From the NCBI GenBank assembly GCA_043808175.1, contig JAZDFE010000030.1:1-60875 (forward strand): a stretch of DNA of 60,875 nt, read 5' to 3'. The notes below the pieces were generated by a model. The model saw only the letters and a program-made list of their open reading frames with translations, did no database searches and had not been told where the DNA came from. This document shows, in pieces, positions 18,730 to 27,469 of this stretch. The stretch's first letter is position 1; every line of letters begins with the position of its first letter. The DNA is from Candidatus Omnitrophota bacterium. GTDB taxonomy: Bacteria; Omnitrophota; Omnitrophia; Omnitrophales; Aquincolibacteriaceae. The translations under genes and the position numbers were made by a program.

Positions 18730-19889
18730 TGGACTCCGGAAATGTCGATAAGGCGCTGAATGACTTCTTCGACCACAAGGTTCGGCGTGGACGCCCCGGC
18801 CGTAATGCCCACCTTGATCTTCCTCGGAGGAAGCCAGCCCGAAGTCTCAAGGATGTCCCGGGCCCCGGTCTTCTTGTGCCGGATCTTTTCCGGTGAGATG
18901 AGCGAAGTTGCGTCCTCGACGTGGAACGCAGGACAGAATTCGGAGGCGATCTCCACCAGGTGACCGGTATTGCTTGACCGGTAACCGCCGATCACGAGGA
19001 TCACATCCATTTTTTTCTCGCCAAGCTCGCGGATCGCGTCCTGCCGGTCCTGGGTCGCGGAGCAGATCGTGTCGAAATGACGGAATCGGTCCTGAAGTTC
19101 GCCGTCGCCATAACGGACCCGGAGGGCTTTGCGCAACATTTCAGAGATCTCGATCGATTCGCGCGACAGCATGGTCGTTTGGTTCGCAAACCCTATCTTT
19201 CCGAGGTCTTTGTCCGGATCGAAACTCTCCGAACAGGCGTCCTTGAATTTTTCGAGGAACGCTCTCCGCTCTCCCTTCCCCTCAATATATTGACAAACCT
19301 GCTCCGCCTGTCGCCTGTCCTTCACTACCAGATATTTGGAAGCCCGGGAGCAAGTCGCGCGCGTTTCTTCATGGTCATATTTACCGTGGATCACAGAAGT
19401 GAAACCATCCCGGCTGTAGGATTCCACGCGACGCCACACACTCATTACGGACCCGCAGGTCGTGTCCACGATCACGCAGCGTTTCTTCTGAAATTCCCTC
19501 AGTGCTTCGACCGGCACCCCGAAGGCCGGCATGATCACCACGTCCTTTTCGGTGATCTCGGAACGCGAGGCCTCGCCGGTGAGGATCTTTACGCCCATTC
19601 CCTGAAGTTCCGCGTTCACACGCGGATTATGAATGATCTCATTGGTCAGAAAAATGCGCCGGTCCGGAAAACGCGCGCGGGTCTCGTAGGCATATTCCAC
19701 GGCGCGTTCGACTCCGTAACAAAAACCGAATTCCTTCGCGAGATAGATCTCGAGGCGTCCTACCTTCAAAGAAAATCCGGAAACACGGATTTTATCAATG
19801 AGCGGGCTGTGATAACTTCGGTCAAGTTGGCGTTGGACGATCCCTTTGAGTTCGGGACTTTTATGGAAGGTTTTACCTTCTGCGGTCAT
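18726..19889 (-). CDS. ispH: 4-hydroxy-3-methylbut-2-enyl diphosphate reductase
   Basis: GFCYGVERA, IIHN, DTTC, TICSATQDRQ, SSNT, TAGASTP. Confidence 0.95.
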   Translation of the reverse strand: MTAEGKTFHKSPELKGIVQRQLDRSYHSPLIDKIRVSGFSLKVGRLEIYLAKEFGFCYGVERAVEYAYETRARFPDRRIFLTNEIIHNPRVNAELQGMGVKILTGEASRSEITEKDVVIMPAFGVPVEALREFQKKRCVIVDTTCGSVMSVWRRVESYSRDGFTSVIHGKYDHEETRATCSRASKYLVVKDRRQAEQVCQYIEGKGERRAFLEKFKDACSESFDPDKDLGKIGFANQTTMLSRESIEISEMLRKALRVRYGDGELQDRFRHFDTICSATQDRQDAIRELGEKKMDVILVIGGYRSSNTGHLVEIASEFCPAFHVEDATSLISPEKIRHKKTGARDILETSGWLPPRKIKVGITAGASTPNLVVEEVIQRLIDISGVQ

Positions 19890-19900
19890 GAAGACCCCAG

Positions 19901-20902
19901 TCAGGAAAAAGTGATCTTGCGGACCGTCACACCGGCCTGCTCGAGCAGCTTAAGAGAGGTTTCCAGGAAGGGATAATTCCCCTGGTAGACGACTTCGTTG
20001 ATCCCGGAATTGATGATCATCTTGGCGCACATCAGGCAGGGAGAAAAAGTCGTGTAAAGCGTGGCGCCTTTGAGGCTCACGCCGTGGTAGGCCGCCTGCA
20101 CGATCGCATTCTCTTCGCCGTGCGAGCAGAGGCATTCTCCGAGATCTTTCCCGGAGGCGTCGATCGCATTACATCGGGGACAACCGCCGTCGCTGCAATT
20201 CTTGATCCCCCGGGGCGTTCCGTTGTAACCAGTCGAGATGATACGCTTGTCCTTCACGATCACGGCGGCGATCTTCCGTTTCATGCAGTTGGCACGCATG
20301 GCCACGACCTTGGCAATATTCATGAAATACTCGTCCCAACCCGGCCTCGGAGCCTTTTGCGCAAGATCGAGAAAGATCGACTTCACCTTTTCATGCATCT
20401 CCCTGAGCGGCCCGTTGTTATCGACCTGGAGATCCGCCAAAGCGATTGTTTGATCAAGCTGTTGGTCGGTTTTGCTCGAGCTTTTTGCTTCCTTGGCCTC
20501 AAGCGCCTGAAAGTCCTCCCATACCCGGGGATCGTTCTCCCGGCCACGCTGCTTGAGACGTTCGAAACGAAGCCTTTCCGGAGCATGGATGCGAACGAGG
20601 GTGAAATCACTCCGCCGGCGAAAGACTTGGACTTCGGAGGGATGGCGGATAGAATCGATCACATAATTCTTCTCGGGATCCAGCTTCGCAAAGATCCGTT
20701 CGGCAAGACAACCCGGCCCTTCCTTTTCGCGCAATTCATTGCCGAGCGCGACGAGCGCATCGCGCGCGATCTCCAGGCCGCGTTGCCTGGCCTCTTCCCG
20801 GAGTGCGTCGGAAAGCGAATAGTAATGAAAGCCCCTGTCTTTGAGGAAATTCGCCGCTTCCCCTTTCCCCGATCCGTTCTTGCCTGTGAGTCCGATGATC
20901 AT
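19901..20902 (-). CDS. P-loop nucleotide kinase-like domain fused to dCMP deaminase
   Basis: IIGLTGKNGSGKG..IDSIR N-terminal domain; RPGWDEYFM, TGYNG, HGEENA, PCLMC. Confidence 0.9.
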   Translation of the reverse strand: MIIGLTGKNGSGKGEAANFLKDRGFHYYSLSDALREEARQRGLEIARDALVALGNELREKEGPGCLAERIFAKLDPEKNYVIDSIRHPSEVQVFRRRSDFTLVRIHAPERLRFERLKQRGRENDPRVWEDFQALEAKEAKSSSKTDQQLDQTIALADLQVDNNGPLREMHEKVKSIFLDLAQKAPRPGWDEYFMNIAKVVAMRANCMKRKIAAVIVKDKRIISTGYNGTPRGIKNCSDGGCPRCNAIDASGKDLGECLCSHGEENAIVQAAYHGVSLKGATLYTTFSPCLMCAKMIINSGINEVVYQGNYPFLETSLKLLEQAGVTVRKITFS

Positions 20903-20913
20903 AAGATCCTTTT

Positions 20914-21504
20914 TTATGGGTGGATCCAAAAATCAGGCGCGTAGAAACGCTGATCGCCCGCGTGGCGTTCCACCAGGATAAGATGGTGAGCGTTCTTGCC
21001 GTCTTTTACTTCAGGCAACGCGGCGATCTCGCGAAGAGTTTCTCCGGGTTTCCCGGCCGGGGGTCTTAAAAATCCCACAGACTGTTTCTCCAGATGGAAG
21101 GCCGCCTCTTCAATGTCATCCACACGAAGTGCCATGGCATAAGGCTTTTTATCCCCGAAATGCGCGACCCAATCCAGCCCGGTCTTCTCATGAGGATGCT
21201 CGACCAGGATCGCCGGAGCGCATCCTTTTCGAAAAACTTCCACGCTATGCCCTTTGTGCTCAAGAACCTTGACGGTGGGGTCTCTCTCGTACCCCATCTC
21301 AAGAAATTCGCCCGTTCTCTCTTTGAGATGAACGGTCCGGAAAATGAAATGATCCAAAATGGAAAGGAGGCCGACCCCGACAAGCGACAAACCGCGCGTC
21401 ACGACCTGGGCCGCGGTATTCTCCAGGGCAAGCCCTGCGGCATATTGTTTCAGAATCTTTTCAAAAAGGATGGGGTCCTTGTTGCAGCCGGCAGTAAATG
21501 GCAT
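20914..21504 (-). CDS. VOC/glyoxalase-like protein
   Basis: LDHFIFR, ALRVDDIEEA, LVERH. Confidence 0.65.
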   Translation of the reverse strand: MPFTAGCNKDPILFEKILKQYAAGLALENTAAQVVTRGLSLVGVGLLSILDHFIFRTVHLKERTGEFLEMGYERDPTVKVLEHKGHSVEVFRKGCAPAILVEHPHEKTGLDWVAHFGDKKPYAMALRVDDIEEAAFHLEKQSVGFLRPPAGKPGETLREIAALPEVKDGKNAHHLILVERHAGDQRFYAPDFWIHP

Positions 21505-21624
21505 CTTGATTTCCTTATGGCTGTGTTGCCTACAAAGACAAAGCTTGCCCCCACGGCTTCACTTTTTGAAGTGAAGCAGCGGGGGCAAACTGAGGAAGAC
21601 TCAAAAGGACTTTGAACGGTTTTT

Positions 21625-21936
21625 TTATTTCAGCTTATTCCCCGGCTTTTTCGGGGGTTCATCTTTCGAACGGGGCGTCGCTTTGGGGTTCGACTTGAAC
21701 TGGACTGAAAGTTCTGCATTGATCTTGGCATAAGTCGGATCCATATCCTCGGACTCGACGATCGAGCCTACCGGACATTCCGCCGCGCAAGCACCGCATG
21801 AAATACAGGTCAACGGATCGATCACCATGAAATCCTTGCCTTTGTATGTTCCGGGATAAATCGCTTCGGTGGGACAGACACCGGCGCAAAGGCCGTAGCG
21901 TTCGCCGTGACATTTCTCTGTAATAACATAAGCCAT
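21625..21936 (-). CDS. Ferredoxin (probably 7Fe type)
   Basis: MAYVITEKC..CAGVCP and CISCGACAAECP. Confidence 0.9.
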   Translation of the reverse strand: MAYVITEKCHGERYGLCAGVCPTEAIYPGTYKGKDFMVIDPLTCISCGACAAECPVGSIVESEDMDPTYAKINAELSVQFKSNPKATPRSKDEPPKKPGNKLK

Positions 21937-22012
21937 TCTGTGATTCTCCTTATGGGTGTTGGTTTTGAAAGAGGCCGTATTTTAACCGCTGCTTCCTCCA
22001 TCGTCAATGCTT

Positions 22013-22885
22013 TCAAACCAGGGGCTCCAACCTCTCAGGTGGCCGGCTCATGACCTCAAGACGGGCCATGCGATCTTCCATGGGGGGATGCGTGCTGAAA
22101 AGAGCGGACCACCCTTTGCCCGAAAGCGGATTCGCGATGAAAAGATGGGCAGTCGCGGGTTCGGCGTCGCGGAGTGGAAGTCGTCTGGAAGCGGCATCGA
22201 TCTTTCGAAGCGCACTTGCGAGATAAAGAGGTTCTCCGCAAAGCTTGGCCCCGCCAAGATCCGCCCCGTATTCCCTGGAGCGTGAGATCGTGAGCTGGAT
22301 GAGCATCGCGACCAAAGGCATCACGATCGATGCTAAGATCAGCGCCAGCGGATGGCCGTTGTCCCGCTCGTCACGCTCCCCGCCCCAGAAAAATGACCAG
22401 CGGAACATGGAAGCGATCATGCTGAGCGCGCCGGCCAACGTCGCCGCAATCGAGGACAACAAGATATCGTAATTCAGGATATGCGACAGCTCATGCCCCA
22501 ACACACCGGAAAGTTCTTCCTTGTTAAGAAGTCCAACGATACCGTGTGTGACCGCGATCGCCGCATGCTTGGGGTCGCGGCCCGTGGCAAAGGCGTTCGC
22601 TGAAGCCGACGGAAGCATGTAAAGCCGCGGCATGGGAACGCCGGCTTTTGCCGAAAGCTCCCTCAGGATCTCAAAAACCTCGGGGGCTTCATCCTCGGTC
22701 AGGGGTTGTGCCCGATACATCGCAAGCACGATCTTGTCACTAAACCAATAAGCGCCAAAATTCATCACACAGGCAAGACAGAACGCGGGCGCCATGCCGC
22801 GCTCGCCGCCTAAGGCAAACCCAAAAAAAACCACCAAAAGCGTCAGGAGCGCTAAAAGGAATGTGGTTTTAAAAAAATTGGCCAT
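22013..22885 (-). CDS. htpX: Zinc metalloprotease HtpX (M48)
   Basis: NAFATG, HELSH, SRSREYGAD, STHP. Confidence 0.95.
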   Translation of the reverse strand: MANFFKTTFLLALLTLLVVFFGFALGGERGMAPAFCLACVMNFGAYWFSDKIVLAMYRAQPLTEDEAPEVFEILRELSAKAGVPMPRLYMLPSASANAFATGRDPKHAAIAVTHGIVGLLNKEELSGVLGHELSHILNYDILLSSIAATLAGALSMIASMFRWSFFWGGERDERDNGHPLALILASIVMPLVAMLIQLTISRSREYGADLGGAKLCGEPLYLASALRKIDAASRRLPLRDAEPATAHLFIANPLSGKGWSALFSTHPPMEDRMARLEVMSRPPERLEPLV

Positions 22886-22897
22886 TCCCTTGTCCCT

Positions 22898-23518
22898 TTA
22901 GAACTTGATACCGAGTTTACGAAGGGTCTTGAGGAGGGCGGAACAGCCCTTAAAATGGATGGCGTGCATGCCGGCCTTCCGGGCGCCTTTGATAAAACTC
23001 TTCATGTCATCGATAAAAACGGTCTCTTCGGGCCTGAGGCCGACCTTCCTCAGGACGCGCCGGTAGATCGTGAGGCAGGGTTTGCGCGCACCCACCTCAT
23101 GCGACGGAAATTTCCGGTCGAAATGACGGAGGAGTTTGAAATGCTTCTTGAGATGAGTGAAGTGGAGCGCGTTGGTGTTCGAGATCAGATAAAGCGGATA
23201 GTGTTTCTTGATCCGCGCAAGGAGTTTGTCCATCCCCGGGTTCTCCCAGAAGATGTCGTTCCAATAATGGCGAAAGGTCGCTAGAGGTAGGGAGACACCG
23301 AGGGTTCTGCAAGCGATCCGGTGGAATTCGCGGGTCGAGATCTCGCCGCGCGTATAGGCCTGCTCGAACCTGGAAAGAAAGAAACGCTTCCAAATCTGCC
23401 GGGTGGAAAGACCCGAGGCGGCCGAAAATCGCTTTGCAGCTTTTTCGACATCATAATTCACAAGCACATTGCCGAGATCGAAAATCACGGCTCTGATCTT
23501 TGGGTTTTTATTTTTCAT
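22898..23518 (-). CDS. HAD family phosphatase (YihX-like)
   Basis: FDLGNVL, ISNTN, KP, FIDD. Confidence 0.9.
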   Translation of the reverse strand: MKNKNPKIRAVIFDLGNVLVNYDVEKAAKRFSAASGLSTRQIWKRFFLSRFEQAYTRGEISTREFHRIACRTLGVSLPLATFRHYWNDIFWENPGMDKLLARIKKHYPLYLISNTNALHFTHLKKHFKLLRHFDRKFPSHEVGARKPCLTIYRRVLRKVGLRPEETVFIDDMKSFIKGARKAGMHAIHFKGCSALLKTLRKLGIKF

Positions 23519-23550
23519 AGGCTGGGTATTTTAACATACCTCTTATAAAA

Positions 23551-23607
23551 ATGGATGGAGGATGGAGCTTGGCTTTTCGCCCTCTGCCATCCTCCTTCCG
23601 TCATCCG
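23551..23607. repeat. Heptamer-based palindrome (GGATGGA-type)
   Basis: atggatggaggatggagc followed by complementary ccatcctcc tracts; related copies at 35440 and 48527. Confidence 0.7.
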
Positions 23608-24758
23608 AGTAAAGCGACCCATTTACACAGCTGGCTCGTAATGAGACCCAAATACGTCCCCATCACGTTCCCAAGAATGCCGAGGAGAAGCCCGACAGGT
23701 GCGAGTGCGGGTTCATAAGCCGCAGCCACGATCGGCGCCGAGGCCGGCCCCCCGATATTAGCCTGGCTCGCGGTCGCGGCAAGACAAAGCGGGATACGGG
23801 CAACGCGGGACACGATCAGAAGAAATGCCCCATGGATGAGAACCAGGACAACGCCAGCCACGACCAGAAGCGGCGCGGACAGGATCCCTGACAAACTTGC
23901 TCTTGCACCGATCGATGTAAGCACGAGAAACAGGAAAAGATACCCTATCCGCGAAGCGCCACAGAACTCGAGCTTCCGAAGCGACGTCAATGAAAGCAAA
24001 ATGCCGAAGGTCGTGGCGAGAATGATCGTCCATGCAAAAGATCCGTTCCCCAAGAAATCTGCCAACCTACTCGAAATCCACGCTCCGCCGAATGCTACGG
24101 CAAGAGTGAGAGGAAGAAACTGGAAGCTTACTTTTTTTGTGCTCGAGTCCGCCAAAGTGGTCTTTCGGGCCAGTTCCTCGACGAAGCGAAGGTCGGAACG
24201 GTTCCACTTGTCATAAGCTTTTTGAAAACCTTCGAGCAGGATCAAGAGCCCCATCCAGGAATAGGCAACGACCGTATCCACCACGATCATCGGAAAAAAG
24301 ATAGCGTCCGGCGTGTGGATCGCCTCCTTGACCGCGATCATATTGGCGCTCCCGCCGATCCAGGAAGCCGAAAGCGCCCCGAACCCTGACCACGCGTCCG
24401 CCGGAAGCCACGGTTTAAAAAGCATCACCACGAACGGCGTGCCGATCATGATCCCAGCGCTCCCGGTGAACATCATGAGAAGCGCAGGCCGGCCGAGTTT
24501 CAAGATGGCTTTGATATCCGTCGAGATCAAAAGAAGGATCAATCCCGCGGGAAGAACCGTGCTCGTGATCTTCGAATAGATCGCGTGTTGCCCGGGAAGG
24601 ATCCCGGACCCGGAAACCATCATGGGAACAAAATAGATCCAGAAAAGCGGCGGCGGGAACTTGAAAAATTTACGGGTTCGCGGATCTTCGGAAAAGAAAA
24701 CGATGCTCAGAACGATCAGCGCCAGAACGCAAAAAATACCTGGAGAATTTTGAATCAT
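23601..24758 (-). CDS. DUF819 family membrane protein
   Basis: Polytopic; SWIGGSANM and SQANIGGPASAP motifs. Confidence 0.9.
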   Translation of the reverse strand: MIQNSPGIFCVLALIVLSIVFFSEDPRTRKFFKFPPPLFWIYFVPMMVSGSGILPGQHAIYSKITSTVLPAGLILLLISTDIKAILKLGRPALLMMFTGSAGIMIGTPFVVMLFKPWLPADAWSGFGALSASWIGGSANMIAVKEAIHTPDAIFFPMIVVDTVVAYSWMGLLILLEGFQKAYDKWNRSDLRFVEELARKTTLADSSTKKVSFQFLPLTLAVAFGGAWISSRLADFLGNGSFAWTIILATTFGILLSLTSLRKLEFCGASRIGYLFLFLVLTSIGARASLSGILSAPLLVVAGVVLVLIHGAFLLIVSRVARIPLCLAATASQANIGGPASAPIVAAAYEPALAPVGLLLGILGNVMGTYLGLITSQLCKWVALLG

Positions 24759-25834
24759 GGGAGGAGCGGCGCGACGCCGATACCGGCCCTGACTTTCCGG
24801 AGGTCATAAACGCCGGAGCGTGTCACAAAATTGCCCTGCGTCACGTTCTTCGCCATAAAAAAAGGTGCGTCTAAGTCCACGAAATCAAAACCGCCGAGCC
24901 CTGCCGCAAGATGCGCGGCCGCGGTGACCGCCAGCGGCGTTTCCATCATCGTCCCGATCATCAGCTTGATCCCGTTCCGTTTCGCAAGACACGCGATCTC
25001 GTATGCCTCCAGAACGCCTGTCTTCATGAATTTGACGTTGATCGCACCGGCAGCTTTTGTCTTGATGAGACGCTTGGCGTCCTGAAGTGACGAGATGCTT
25101 TCATCAGCGCAAACAAGCGTTTTGCCTTCACGCGTTACTTTCGCGAGCCCTTCCCAATCCTCTTTTGGTACCGGCTGTTCGACAAGCGCGGGTTTTATTT
25201 TTAGCCTTTCTAATTCTTTTAAAAATTTGAGCGTCTGTGCGGCCGTAAACCCCTGATTCGCGTCAAGATAGACCGGACATTTTCCGGTGATCCGGACCAC
25301 CGCCGCGACGCGTTTGAGGTCCCGGTCGAAATCCCGGCCGATCTTCACTTTGAAAGAACGTATCCCACGCCGCAGGATCTCACGCGTTGCGGTTTCGGCT
25401 TCGGTGACATCGCCAAGCACCACGGTCATGTTGGTTTTGAGCGCGCGCGGCCGAGGCCCGAAAGCTTTCCAAAGCGGGATCTTCTTTTCGCGTGTCGCCG
25501 CGTCCAGAAGCGCCATTTCCAGCGCCGCCAGCGCGCACTTGTTCTTCGCCCACTTCATTTTAAATTCTTCCGCGATCTCCGAAAATGCCTCGAGACCCAG
25601 ACCGGCGATTGAACGAGCCGCTTCTTTCAGATTTTTGAGCGTTTCATGGACGGTCTCCCCGGTGATGTGCGTCGCGACCGCTGCCTCGCCGGACCCGCGG
25701 ACCCCGTCTGAGAGTTCTATCAAAAAAAGGACATTCTCGAGCAGGTCGTGCTGGCCCTTGGCCGTACTGAACGGGCGTACGAGCTTCGCACGCCAGATCC
25801 TGGCCTTTGCTTTTTGGATGCTCACCGGCTTCAT
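24755..25834 (-). CDS. L-Ala-D/L-Glu (dipeptide) epimerase, enolase superfamily
   Basis: KVKIG, DANQG, EQP, DES, KFMKTG, terminal DLD. Confidence 0.9.
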   Translation of the reverse strand: MKPVSIQKAKARIWRAKLVRPFSTAKGQHDLLENVLFLIELSDGVRGSGEAAVATHITGETVHETLKNLKEAARSIAGLGLEAFSEIAEEFKMKWAKNKCALAALEMALLDAATREKKIPLWKAFGPRPRALKTNMTVVLGDVTEAETATREILRRGIRSFKVKIGRDFDRDLKRVAAVVRITGKCPVYLDANQGFTAAQTLKFLKELERLKIKPALVEQPVPKEDWEGLAKVTREGKTLVCADESISSLQDAKRLIKTKAAGAINVKFMKTGVLEAYEIACLAKRNGIKLMIGTMMETPLAVTAAAHLAAGLGGFDFVDLDAPFFMAKNVTQGNFVTRSGVYDLRKVRAGIGVAPLLP

Positions 25835-25855
25835 AGTTTCTCTTTCAGGGAGTTT

Positions 25856-26021
25856 TACTGGCACTGCGTTACTATTGATTTTAGGGATTCGTAGTGCCGT
25901 ACCGCCCAAATTTTATATTCTTTTCTGAAATGGTAATTTGGGCGGCCCCAATCTCAGCTTCGCTGAGACTGATTGGTATTGGGACCGTTAACCCTTAAAA
26001 TTAAATAGAGAACGGTACTGG
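25856..26021. repeat. Four-hairpin composite array
   Basis: Stems ggcactgcg/cgtagtgcc, ccgcccaaatt/aatttgggcgg, cccaat/attggg, accgtt/aacggt; flanked by direct tactgg. Confidence 0.85.
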
Positions 26022-26098
26022 TCTTCATTTTTCGTTCGGGCTATACTACCGCAAATTCGAAAAAGGGGATAGCTCCCTCAACAAACCGGATTCGTTCT

Positions 26099-27376
26099 AT
26101 GAAAAAAATTATACTAAAAGGCAAGCCCAATTCTCCATTAAAAGATTTAAATGTTAATTGGACTAGTCCTGGCAATCTTCTGTTTAAAAAAAATAGATGC
26201 CAGGGCAAAGCCGTTGTCGGGCAATCCGGCGGATGCACGGCGGTCATTAATCAAAGTCTCGCGGGCGTCGTGGAAGCGGCACGGACCTGCCGCGTGATCA
26301 CGGGGATCCTCGGGTCGCGGAATGGCATCGAAGGCATTCTGAATGGTTCTTTTGTGGATCTCAAGGCAAAGCCATCAAAATTGATTCTCCGAATCGCCCA
26401 ATCCCCTTCCGCCGCGCTGGGTTCTTCCCGTTACAAACTCAAACCCGGAGATGACCGGAAGATCGTTGCGAGCCTCCGGAGACATCATATCCGCTATGTA
26501 TTCCTGATCGGAGGGAATGATACGGCAAACACTAGCCTCCAGATCGCAAGAGCCGCAGAAAAAGATCATTATGAGATCCGGGTTATCCATATCCCGAAGA
26601 CCATTGATAACGACTTGGTTGAGACTGACCACTGCCCGGGGTACGGTTCTGTCGCGCGCTTCGCGGCCGTCACGACGCAGGAGGCGGCGCTGGACACCCA
26701 AGCCATGAAAAATGTCGATCCTGTGAAGATCATCGAGCTTATGGGAAGAAATTCCGGCTGGATCGTCGCGGCCTCGGCCCTCTTGAAAAAAGCACCGGAG
26801 GATGCTCCCCATCTCCTGCTCATTCCCGAAGTCCCGTTCGACGAGACGTCGTTTATTAAAAGGACCGAGGCCATTCTGCAATCGGTGGGTTATTGCATTA
26901 TCGTTATTTCGGAAACGATCCGCGACTATCAGGGAAACCGCATCGGCCACAAAATCGAGGGGGTCACGTCAGACCCGTTTGGTCACAAATATGTCGAAGG
27001 CACGGCGGCGCGTCTTGCCACGATCCTCGAAAAAAATCTGGGGGTCCGCGCCCGTTTCGACAAGCCCGGAACAATCCAGCGCATGTCGATGGCTTACGTC
27101 TCAGAGACCGATCAAAAAGAAGCCTATCAGGCGGGCGTTCACGCGGTCAAGTGGGCCCTCCGGGGAATGACCCGGGTCATGGTGGGATTTGAAAGAAAAC
27201 CAGGAAAGAATTACGCTATGGCTTACAAGCCGGTACCGCTCGAAAAGATCCCGAATCATGAGCGCGACCTCTTTGCGGGATTTTTTGACAAGAAAAAAGG
27301 GATGGTCACGCCGGCCTTCGTGGAATACGCCCTGCCGCTTCTCGGCAAAGGCCTCCCCCATTTCGCCTCGCTCTAG
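26099..27376 (+). CDS. pfp: Pyrophosphate-dependent phosphofructokinase
   Basis: GQSGG, GGND, PKTIDND (Asp and Lys signature of PPi type), MGR. Confidence 0.9.
   Translation: MKKIILKGKPNSPLKDLNVNWTSPGNLLFKKNRCQGKAVVGQSGGCTAVINQSLAGVVEAARTCRVITGILGSRNGIEGILNGSFVDLKAKPSKLILRIAQSPSAALGSSRYKLKPGDDRKIVASLRRHHIRYVFLIGGNDTANTSLQIARAAEKDHYEIRVIHIPKTIDNDLVETDHCPGYGSVARFAAVTTQEAALDTQAMKNVDPVKIIELMGRNSGWIVAASALLKKAPEDAPHLLLIPEVPFDETSFIKRTEAILQSVGYCIIVISETIRDYQGNRIGHKIEGVTSDPFGHKYVEGTAARLATILEKNLGVRARFDKPGTIQRMSMAYVSETDQKEAYQAGVHAVKWALRGMTRVMVGFERKPGKNYAMAYKPVPLEKIPNHERDLFAGFFDKKKGMVTPAFVEYALPLLGKGLPHFASL
26120..26209 (+). repeat. 84-bp palindromic element (family A) in frame within pfp
   Basis: ggcaag/ggcaaa 84 bp apart; encodes PNSPLKDLNVNWTSPGNLLFKKNRCQGK. 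Confidence 0.95.
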
Positions 27377-27469
27377 AGTGCCGGAATTCTTTACGCCGGC
27401 ACTGGTTCTCATAAAAATTCATTGCAAGCGAGTGCCGCATTGAACAACCCGTGAAAATTTATAGGAAGT

